Part shown: positions 21,990 through 31,619 of the stretch, one piece after another
Layout: every line of letters begins with the position of its first letter
Position numbering within the stretch: position 1 is the first letter of the stretch
Source of the DNA: Caloenas nicobarica
Lineage: Eukaryota
Direction: 5' to 3'
DNA length: 64,000 nucleotides
Assembly (NCBI RefSeq): GCF_036013445.1
Contig: NC_088282.1
Coordinates: forward strand, 133,631-197,630
Notes under the pieces: generated by a model
Database searches by the model: none
What the model saw: only the letters and a program-made list of their open reading frames with translations
What the model was told of the DNA's origin: nothing
Translations under genes and position numbers: made by a program

Positions 21990-23100
21990 GATCTGCCCCA
22001 TAGATCGGACCCATAGATCCGGCCCCGTAGATCGGGAGCCAGAGCGGGACCCACAGCCCCTGTTGTGCTGGTTTCTTTGGGTGTTTTCTTGCTTGTGCTG
22101 CTTGGGGTTGGTTGTTCTGCCCCATAGCGTGCCCCATAAGCTGCCCCATAACCTGCCCCATAGATCAGGACCCATAGATCCGGACCCAGAGCAGGACCCA
22201 CAGCCCCTGTTGTGCTGGTTTCTTTGGGTGTTTTCTTGCTTGTGCTGCTTGGGGTTGGTTGTTCTGCCCCATAAGCTGCCCCATAGCCTGCCCCATAGAT
22301 CAGGACCCATAGATCCGGACCCAGAGCGGGACCCACAGCCCCTGTTGTGCTGGTTTCTTTGGGTGTTTTCTTGCTTGTGCTGCTTGTGGTTGGTTGTTCT
22401 GCCCCATAACCTGCCCCATAGCCTGCCCCATAGGCTGCCCCATAACCTGCCCCATAGATCAGGACCCATAGATCCGGACCCAGAGCGGGACCCACAGCCC
22501 CTGTTGTGTTGGTTTCTTTGGGTGTTTTCTTGCTTGTGCTGCTTGTGGTTGGTTGTTCTGCCCCATAGCCTGCCCCATAGCCTGCCCCATAACCTGCCCC
22601 ATAGATCAGGACCCATAGGTCCGGACCCAGAGCGGGACCCACAGCCCCTGTTGTGCTGGTTTCTTTGGGTGTTTTCTTGCTTGTGCTGCTTGTGGTTGGT
22701 TGTTCTGCCCCATAGCCTGCCCCATAGCCTGCCCCATAGATCCAGACCCATAGGTCCGGACCCACAGCGGGACCCACAGCGTCCGTTCTGCTGGTTTCTC
22801 TGGTGCTTTTCTTGCTTGTGCTTGGCAGTCCCGCCCCATAACCTGCCCCACAGAGCCCACCCCATAGATCCTGCCCCATAGAGTCCACCCTATAGAGCTC
22901 AACGCATAGCGTCCACCCCATAGATCCCGCCCCATAGATCCCGCCCCATAGACCCTGACCCAGGGAGCACACCCCATAGATCCCACCCCACAGAGCCCAC
23001 GGCATAGAGCTGCCCCATAGATCCTGCCCCATAGATCCCGCCCCATAGCGCCCGCCCCATAGAGCCGTACCCCATGAGCCCCCCCACCCCCACTGATCTC
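21990..23100. repeat. Tandem repeat of about 120 bp (about 7 copies), followed by CCCCATAGATCC 18-bp repeats.
   Basis: cagagcgggacccacagcccctgttgtgctggtttctttgggtgttttcttgcttgtgctgcttg...ccccatagatcaggacccatagatccggaccc repeated. Confidence 0.85.
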
Positions 23101-23254
23101 TGCCCCACTGATCTCTGCCCCACACACACGTCAAGGCCGGGAACATCCTCCTGACCCACTGATTCCCCCCCTAGCCCCACTGATCTCAGCCCCACCGACA
23201 TGCCCCGTTCCCCCAGCCCCACAGCGGCTGCCCCACTGATCCCTGCCCCACTGA

Positions 23255-23383
<129 letters not shown>

Positions 23384-23389
23384 TGAGCG

Positions 23390-24000
23390 ACCCCCAAGTG
23401 TGGGGCTGAGCCCCATAGTGCAGCCGGGTGTGATGTTTGCGACCCCCAAGCGTGGGGCTGAGCCCCATAGCGCAGCCGGGTGTGATGTTTGTGACCCCCA
23501 AGCGTGGGGCTGAGCCCCATAGCGCGGCCGGGTGTGATGTTTCCGCCCCCCAAGTGTGGGGCTGAGCCCCATAGCGTGGCCGGGTGTGATGTTTCCACCC
23601 CCCAAGTGTGGGGCCGAGCCTGATGTTTCCGCCCCCCAAGTGTGGGGCCGAGCCTGATGTTTCCGCCCCCCAAGTGTGGGGCCGAGCCTGATGTTTCCGC
23701 CCCCCAAGTGTGGGGCCGAGCCTGATGTTTCCGCCCCCCAAGTGTGGGGCTGAGCCTGATGTTTCTGCCCCCCAAGTGTGGGGCCGAGCCTGATGTTTCC
23801 ACCCCCCAAGTGTGGGGCCGAGCCTGATATTTCCACCCCCCAAGTGTGGGGCCGAGCCTGATGTTTCCACCCCCGAAGTGCAGATCCAGGCCTGATATTT
23901 CCGCCCCCTAAGTGTGCGCCTGGATTTTATGTTTCCACCCCCAAGTGTGGGGCCGGGTTTTATGTTTCCACCCCCCAAGTGTGGGGCCGGGCCTGATGTT
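23390..24000. repeat. Minisatellite of about 30 bp, CCCCCAAGTGTGGGGCCGAGCCTGATGTTTCCG, about 18 copies.
   Basis: A direct tandem array in a TAOK2 intron. Confidence 0.9.
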
Positions 24001-24012
24001 TGTGCCCCCCAG

Positions 24013-24104
24013 GATGGCTCCCGAGGTGATCGTGGCCGTGGACGAGGGGCCGTACGACGGGAGGGCCGACGTCTGGTCCATGGGCATCACCTGCATCGAG
24101 CTGG
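24013..24104 (+). CDS. TAOK2: TAOK2 exon. Encodes [30 protein letters not shown].
   Basis: Matches human [30 protein letters not shown]. Acceptor ccccccag at 24012, donor ctgg|gtgagc. Confidence 0.85.
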
Positions 24105-24300
24105 GTGAGCGCTATGGGGCTGCCCCACACGTCCGCCCCACAAGCGGCGCGGCGGCCGAGCCGGCGTTGGGTCGTTTGTATTGAGACCGGGGGGGCACTT
24201 AGGGGGCAGCTCCGGGACACTCGGGGGTCGGTTACAGCACAGTTAGAGGGGGGTTATGGGGCTTCTGTGGGGCTGCCCCACATGTGGCCGTGCCCCACAG

Positions 24301-24394
24301 CGGAGCGGAAGCCGCCGCTGTTCCACCTGAACGCCATGAGCGCCCTTTACCACATCGCCCAGAGCGACCCCCCCCGTCTGCAGGGACCCAACTG
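24301..24394 (+). CDS. TAOK2: TAOK2 exon. Encodes (A)[30 protein letters not shown](W).
   Basis: Matches human [32 protein letters not shown]. Acceptor ccccacag at 24300, donor actg|gtgagc. Confidence 0.85.
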
Positions 24395-24399
24395 GTGAG

Positions 24400-25060
24400 C
24401 CCGGACGCCTGGGTCCCCCCCCGGACGCCTGGGTTCCTTCCTGAACACCTGGGTCCCCTCCCTGAACTCCTGGGTCCCTTATTTGGGTCCCCCCCCCGGA
24501 CGCCTGGGTCCCGTCCTGAACTCCTGGGTCCCTTTTTGGGTGTCCCCCGCCGGATGCCTGGGTCCCCCCCCGGACACCTGGGTCCGTCCTGAACTCCTGG
24601 GTCCCCTCCCGGATACCTGGGTCCCTTCCCAAATGCCTGGGTCTGCTCCCTGAACTCCTGGGTCCCTTTTTGGGTCTCCCCCCCGGATGCCTGGGTCCCC
24701 CCCCGGACGCCTGGGTCTCTCCCAAACTCCTGGGTCCTTTATTTCGGTTTCCCCCCGGATGCCTGGGTCCCCCCCCGGATGCCTGGGTCCCCCCCCGGAC
24801 ACCTGGGTCCCCTCCCTGAACTCCCGGGTCCCTTATTTCGGTCCCCTGCCCAGACGCCTGGGTCCCCCCCCTGCACTCCTGGGTCCCCCCCCTGCACTCC
24901 TGGGTCCCCCCCGGACGCCTGGGTCCCTCCCGGACGCCTCGGTCCCTCCCGAACTCCTGGGTTCCCTCCACATTCTTGGGTCTCCCCCCGGACGCCTGGG
25001 TCTCCCCGCACTCCTGGGTCCCCCCCGGACGCCTGGGTCCCTCCCTCACGGGGGGTCCCA
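24400..25060. repeat. 20-bp minisatellite CCGGACGCCTGGGTCCCCCC (about 30 copies). It is the reverse complement of the 6240-7135 family.
   Basis: ccggacgcctgggtcccccccggacgcctgggttccttcctgaacacctgggtcccc. Confidence 0.9.
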
Positions 25061-25061
25061 G

Positions 25062-25143
25062 GTCCCCCAGTTTCCGGGGGTTCGTGGGTTCGTGTCTGCA
25101 GAAGCTGCCGCTGGATCGACCCACGGCCGAGGAGCTGCTGCAG
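25062..25143 (+). CDS. TAOK2: TAOK2 exon. Encodes (W)SPSFRGFVGSCLQKLPLDRPTAEELLQ.
   Basis: Matches human [28 protein letters not shown]. Acceptor tcccag at 25061, donor cag|gtaccg. Confidence 0.8.
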
Positions 25144-25149
25144 GTACCG

Positions 25150-26700
25150 GGCCAGCCCGCCCCGCCCCGTTGGCCCCGTTGGCCCGTTACCCGTTATCTC
25201 CTTGTGTCATTGTCCCGTTACCCGTTATCTGCTTGTGTCATTGTCCCGTTACCCGTTATCTGCTTGTGTCACGGTCCCGTTACCCGTTATCTCCTTGTGT
25301 CATTGTCCCATTACCCGTTATCTGCTTGTGTCATTGTCCCGTTACCCGTTATCTGCTTGTGTCACGGTCCCGTTACCCGTTATCTGCTTGTGTCACGGTC
25401 CCGTTACCCGTTATCTGCTTGTGTCACGGTCCCGTTACCCGTTATCTGCTTGTGTCATTGTCCCGTTACCCGTTATCCGCTTGTGTCATTGTCCCGTTAC
25501 CCGTTATCTGCTTGTGTCATTGTCCCGTTACCCGTTATCTGCTTGTGTCACGGTCCCGTTACCCGTTATCTGCTTGTGTCACGGTCCCGTTACCCGTTAT
25601 CTGCTTGTGTCACTGTCCCGTTACCCGTTATCTGCTTGTGTCACGGTCCCGTTACCCGTTATCTGCTTGTGTCACGGTCCCGTTACCCGTTATCTCCTTG
25701 TGTCATTGTCCCGTTACCCGTTATCCGCTTGTGTCATTGTCCCGTTACCCGTTATCTGCTTGTGTCATTGTCCCGTTACCCGTTATCTCCTTGTGTCATT
25801 GTCCCGTTACCCGTTATCTGCTTGTGTCACGGTCCCGTTACCCGTTATCTGCTTGTGTCACTGTCCCGTTACCCGTTATCTGCTTGTGTCACGGTCCCGT
25901 TACCCGTTATCTCCTTGTGTCATTGTCCCGTTACCCGTTATCTCCTTGTGTCACGGTCCCGTTACCCGTTATCTCCTTGTGTCATGGTCCCGTTACCCGT
26001 TATCTGCTTGTGTCATTGTCCCGTTACCCGTTATCTGCTTGTGTCACGGTCCCGTTACCCGTTATCTGCTTGTGTCACTGTCCCGTTACCCGTTATCTCC
26101 TTGTGTCACGGTCCCGTTACCCGTTATCTCCTTGTGTCATGGTCCCGTTACCCGTTATCTGCTTGTGTCATTGTCCCGTTACCCGTTATCTGCTTGTGTC
26201 ATGGTCCCGTTACCCGTTATCTGCTTGTGTCACTGTCCCGTTACCCGTTATCTGCTTGTGTCATTGTCCCGTTACCCGTTATCTGCTTGTGTCATTGTCC
26301 CGTTACCCGTTATCTCCTTGTGTCACTGTCCCGTTACCCGTTATCTGCTTGTGTCATTGTCCCGTTACCCGTTATCTGCTTGTGTCATTGTCCCGTTACC
26401 CGTTATCTCCTTGTGTCACTGTCCCGTTACCCGTTATCTCCTTGTGTCATTGTCCCGTTACCCGTTATCTGCTTGTGTCACGGTCCCGTTACCCGTTATC
26501 TGCTTGTGTCACTGTCCCGTTACCCGTTATCTGCTTGTGTCATTGTCCCGTTACCCGTTATCTGCTTGTGTCATTGTCCCGTTACCCGTTATCTGCTTGT
26601 GTCACTGTCCCGTTACCCGTTATCTCCTTGTGTCACTGTCCCGTTACCCGTTATCTCCTTGTGTCACGGTCCCGTTACCCGTTATCTCCTTGTGTCATTG
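25150..26700. repeat. 30-bp minisatellite CCGTTACCCGTTATCTGCTTGTGTCATTGT, about 50 copies.
   Basis: A very regular direct array in a TAOK2 intron. It creates the 1109-aa pseudo-ORF on the plus strand. Confidence 0.95.
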
Positions 26701-27950
26701 TCCCATCATCCGCATTATTCCCTTATCCCTTTGTCGCATTATCCCCGTCATCCCCGTCATCCCCGTTATCTCTGTTATCTCCGTTATCCCCATTATCCCG
26801 TTATCCCCATTATCCCGTTATCCCCGTTATCCCGTTATCTCCGTTATCCCCATTATCCCCATTATCCCGTTATCTCCATTATCCCGTTATCCTCATTATC
26901 CCATTATCCCATTATCTCCATTATCTCCATTATCCCCATTATATCAATTATCTCTATTATCTCCATTATCCCGTTATCTCCATTATCTCCATTATCCCAT
27001 TATCCTCTTATCTTCATTATCTCCATTATCTCCATTATCCCCATTATTTCCATTATCCCATTATCCCCATTATCTTCATTATCCCCGTTATCCCCGTTAT
27101 GTCCATTATCCCATTATCCCCATTATGTCCATTATCCCGTTATCTTCATTATCCCCGTTATCCCCGTTATGTCCATTATCCCATTGTCTCCGTTAACTTC
27201 ATTATCCCCATTATCTCCTTTATCCCCATTATCCCCATTATCCCCATTATCTCCATTATCTCCATTATCTCTATTATCCCATTATCTCCATTATCTCCAT
27301 TATGCCATTATCTCATTATCCCCGTTATCCCCGCTATCCCATTATCTCCATTATCCCATTATCCCCATTATCCCATTATCTGCATTATCCCCATTGTCCC
27401 ATTATCCCCATTATCCCATTATCTCCATTGTGCCTTTATCTTCATTATCCCATTATCTTCATTATGTCCATTATGTCTATTATCTCATTATCTCTATTAT
27501 CCCATTATCCCATTATCCCCATTATCTTTATTATCCTGTTGTCTCTTTTATCCCATTATTCCCTTGTGCCATTATCCTCATTATCTCCATTGTCCCTGTT
27601 ATCCCATTATTGTCATTGGCCCATTGTCCCCATTATCCTCATTATCCCATTATCCCATTGTCCCCATGTCCCCATTATCCCCATTACCCCATTGTCCCCA
27701 TTGTCCCATTGTTTCCATTGTCCCATTGTCCCCATTACCCCATTGTCCCCATTGTCCCCATTGTCCCCATTGTCCCCGTTATCCCATTGTCTCCGTTGTC
27801 CCCGTTATCCCATTGTTCCTATTACCCCATTGTTCCCATTACCCTATTGTCCCCATTGTCCCCATTATTCTCATTATCCCATTATCCCATTGTCCCCATT
27901 GTCCCATTGTCCCCATTACCCCATTGTCCCTGTTACCCCATTGTCCCCTT
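26700..27950. repeat. 9-bp satellite CCATTATCC / CCATTGTCC, about 130 copies.
   Basis: ccattatccccattatcccattatctccattatc repeated. Confidence 0.9.
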
Positions 27951-27967
27951 GGCCCCGCCCCCCCCAG

Positions 27968-28147
27968 CACCACTTCCTGCGGAGGCCCCGCCCCCCCCGC
28001 GTGCTCCTCGACCTGATTGGCCGAGCCCAGGCGGCCGCCCGCGCCCTGGACCAGCTGCACCTGCGGCCAATGAGGAAGCTGCTGCTCCCGGAAGGCCCCG
28101 CCCACTCCGGCCCCGCCCACCCCGGCCCCGCCCACCCCGGCCCGCAG
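27968..28147 (+). CDS. TAOK2: TAOK2 exon. Encodes HHFLRRPRPPRVLLDLIGRAQAAARALDQLHLRPMRKLLLPEGPAHSGPAHPGPAHPGPQ.
   Basis: Matches human [48 protein letters not shown]. Acceptor cccccag at 27967, donor cag|gtgggt. Confidence 0.8.
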
Positions 28148-28149
28148 GT

Positions 28150-29260
28150 GGGTGCCGACAATTTGGGGACATTTAGGGGGGTTTGGGGACGTTTAGGGGG
28201 GTTCTGAGGACATTTAGGGGGGTTTGGGGACATTCTGGGGATGTTTTGAGACATTTAGTGGGGTTTGGGGACATTTGGGGGACGTTTTGAGACATTTCGG
28301 GGGGATTTGGGGACATATCAGGTGGATTTGGGGACATTTAGGGGGTTTGGGGACATTTTGGGGGGATTTGGGGACATTTCGAGGGGATTTGGGAGGGATT
28401 TGGGGACATTCAGGCACATTTTGGGGACATATCGGGGGGATTTGGGGACATATCGGGTGGATTTGGGGACATTTCGGGGGGTTTGGGGACATTTTGGGGA
28501 CGTTTTGAGACATTTCGGGGGAGGTTTGGGACATTTAGGGGGGTTCTGAGGACATTTAGGGGGGTTTGGGGACATTTTGGGGATGTTTTGAGACATACTA
28601 GGTGGATTTGGGGACATTTTGGGGGGGTTTGGGGACATTTTGGGGGGGGTTGGGGACATTTAGGGGGGTTTGGGGACATTTCGGCGGGATTTGGGGACAT
28701 TTCGAGGGGATTTGGGGATATTTAGGGACATTTTGGGCACATTTCTGGGGGATTTGGGGACATTTCGGGGGGATTTGGGGACGTTTTGGGGGGATTTGGG
28801 GACATTTTGGGGACATCGTCCCTATTGTCTCATCGTCCGCATTGTCCCATTGTCCCCATCGTCCCCATTGTCCCATTGTCCCCATCATCGCCATTGTCCC
28901 ATTATCCCCATTGTCTCCATCATCCCCATTGTCCCATTGTCCCCATCGCCCCCATTGTCCCCATCGCCCCCATTGTCCCCATCGCCCCCATTGTCCCATT
29001 GTCCCCATTGTCCCATCGTCCCCATCATCCCCATCATCCCCATCATCCCCATCATCCCCATCGTCCCCATCGTCCCCATCGTCCCCATCGTCCCCATTGT
29101 CCCCATTGTCCCCATTGTCCCCATCGTCCCCATTGTCCCCATCGTCCCCATTGTCCCCATCATCCCCATTGTCCCATTGTCCCCATTGTCCCCATCGTCC
29201 CCATTGTCCCATTATCCCCATTGTCTCCATCATCCCCATTGTCCCATCGTCCCCATCGTC
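28150..29260. repeat. G-rich repeats of about 20 bp (GGGGACATTTCGGGGGGATTT), followed by CCATTGTCCCCATCGTCC repeats.
   Basis: A direct tandem array. The second family is related to the 26700-27950 array. Confidence 0.8.
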
Positions 29261-29265
29261 CCCAG

Positions 29266-29445
29266 GGGGCGGAGCCTCCGGGCGCCACCGAGCGCAGCCA
29301 TTGGCCGCCCAGCGCGTCCGTCAGCGCCTCCAGCAGCAGCAGCGGCGCCAGCGCGGCCAACGACGATGACGATGGTGACGACGACGATGACGACGATGAC
29401 GGTGACAACGAGGAACGTCCCCCATTGGCCGCCCAGCAGCCGCCC
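29266..29445 (+). CDS. TAOK2: TAOK2 serine/acidic-region exon. Encodes GAEPPGATERSHWPPSASVSASSSSSGASAANDDDDGDDDDDDDDGDNEERPPLAAQQPP.
   Basis: Corresponds to the human Ser-rich and poly-acidic segment SISASSQSSSVNSLADASDNEEEEEEEEEE. Acceptor cccag at 29265, donor ccc|gtgagc. Phase 0 in and out. Confidence 0.6.
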
Positions 29446-29639
29446 GTGAGCACAGAAGGGGACGGGGGTGGGGGGGACGGTCCCAAAGACCCAAAAAGGT
29501 CCCAAAACGGGGTTCGGGAAGCGGGAGAAGGGCCCAGGATGAGGCTCCACCAGCCCGAGGTGGATCCGGCACCACGAGAACGTCCCAAAATGGGGTTCAA
29601 CCACCACGGGAAGGTCCTAAAATGGGGTTTATCCACCGT

Positions 29640-31200
29640 GAGAAGCTCCTAAAATGAGTCTCAATCAACATTAGAAGGTTCTACGGTGGTTTCAACCACC
29701 ATGAGAAGGTTCTAAAATGGGGTTAAACCAACACTAGAAGGTTCCAAGGTGGTTCCAGCCCCATGAGAAGGTCCCAAAATGGGATTAAACCACCATGAGA
29801 AGGTTCTGAGGTGGTTTTTCCACCATGAAAAGGTCCTAAAATGGGGTTGAATCGACACTAGAAGGTTCTAAGGTGGTTCCACCGCCATGAAAAGGTCCTA
29901 AAATGGGATTAAACCACCATGAGAAGGTCCTAAAATGAGTCTCAACCAACACTAGAAGGTTCCAAGGTGGTTCCAGCCCCATGAGAAGGTCCCAAAATGG
30001 GATTAAACCCCCTTGAGAAGGTTCCAAGGTGGTTTTTCCACCTCGAGAAGGTCCTAAAATGGGGTTTATCCACCATGAGAAGTTCCTAAAATGGGATTAA
30101 ACCACCATGGGAAGGTTCTGAGGTGGTTTTTCCACCATGAAAAGGTCCTAAAATGGGGTTAAACCAACACTAGAAGGTTCCAAGATGGTTCCAGCCCCAT
30201 GAGAAGGTCCTAAAATGGGATTAAACCACCATGAGAAGGTCCTAAAATGAGTCTCAACCAACACTAGAAGGTTCCAAGGTGCTTCCACCACCATGAGAAG
30301 GTCCCAAAATGGGATTAAACCACCATGAGAAGGTTCTGAGGTGGTTTTTCCACCATGAAAAGGTCCTAAAATGGGGTTAAACCAACACTAGAAGGTTCTA
30401 AGGTGGTTCCACCACCATGAGAAGGTCCCAAAATGGGATTAAACCACCATGAGAAGGTCCTAAAATGAGTCTCAACCAACACTAGAAGGTTCCAAGGTGG
30501 TTCCAGCCCCATGAGAAGGTCCCAAAATGGGATTAAACCACCATGAGAAGGTTCCGAGGTGGTTTTTCCACCACGAGAAGGTCCTAAAATGGGGTTTATC
30601 CACCATGAGAAGTTCCTAAAATGGGATTAAACCACCATGAGAAGGTTCTGAGGTGGTTTTTCCACCATGAAAAGGTCCTGAAACGGGATTAAACCACCAT
30701 GAGAAGATCCTAAAATGAGTCTCAACCAACACTAGAAGGTTCCAAGGTGGTTCCACCACCATGAGAAGGTCCCAAAATGGGATTAAACCACCATGAGAAG
30801 GTTCCGAGGTGTTTTTTCCACCATGAAAAGGTCCTAAAATGGGGTTAAACCAACACTAGAAGGTTCTAAGGTGGTTCCACCACCATGAGAAGGTCCCAAA
30901 ATGGGATTAAACCCTCTTGAGAAGGTTCCAAGGTGGTTTTTCCACCTCGAGAAGGTCCTAAAATGGGGTTTATCCACCATGAGAAGTTCCTAAAATGGGA
31001 TTAAACCACCATGAGAAGGTTCTGAGGTGGTTTTTCCACCATGAAAAGGTCCTAAAATGGGGTTAAACCAACACTAGAAGGTTCCAAGATGGTTCCAGCC
31101 CCATGAGAAGGTCCTAAAATGGGATTAAACCACCATGAGAAGGTCCCAAAATGGGATTATGGGCTTAAACCCCCATGGGAAGGTCCCCAAACGGGGCTCA
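29640..31200. repeat. Satellite of 80 bp with a higher-order unit of about 160 bp, about 10 copies.
   Basis: ccaccatgagaaggtcctaaaatgggattaaaccaccatgagaaggttctgaggtggtttttccaccatgaaaaggtcctaaaatggggttaaaccaacactagaaggttccaaggtggttccagcc repeated. Confidence 0.9.
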
Positions 31201-31619
31201 ATCCCCCAGGAAGGCGCCAACGTGGGTTAGTGCTTCTCTATTGGCGGGGGGGAGCGTTTGACGCCCCCAAAAAGCCCCGAAATTCCCCCAAAACTGACCC
31301 CGAAACCTCCCGGGGTTGCCGGAAATTTCCCGGAACTCCCCAAAAATACCCAAAAAGACCCAAAACACCCCCAAAATAGCCCCAAAACCACCCCGAACAA
31401 GCCCGAAAACGGCCCCGAAATAACCCAACCGCCCCCCCAAAATTAAGCCAAACCAGCCCAAAATGAGCCCAAAAATTAGAGGGGGATATTTTGGGGGGTT
31501 TACGTCCCTATCTCAAGATTTTGGGGCTCAAAAGTGGAATTTTGGGGCGTTTCGTGTCATTATTTCAGCATTTTGGGGTCTCCGAGCCCCAAAAACCTCC
31601 GTTTTTCCCCCAATTTCAG

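Noticed and set aside
25150-26700. A possible CRISPR array, since it has regular 30-bp direct repeats.
   Set aside because: There are no unique spacers between the repeats and no cas genes. This is a eukaryotic minisatellite in an intron.
24687-28176. ORFs of 1109, 805 and 1066 aa across the TAOK2 intron minisatellites.
   Set aside because: They are pure translations of the 30-bp and 9-bp repeats (RYPLSACVTVPLPVICLCH...). They overlap genuine TAOK2 introns on the same strand and are not coding.
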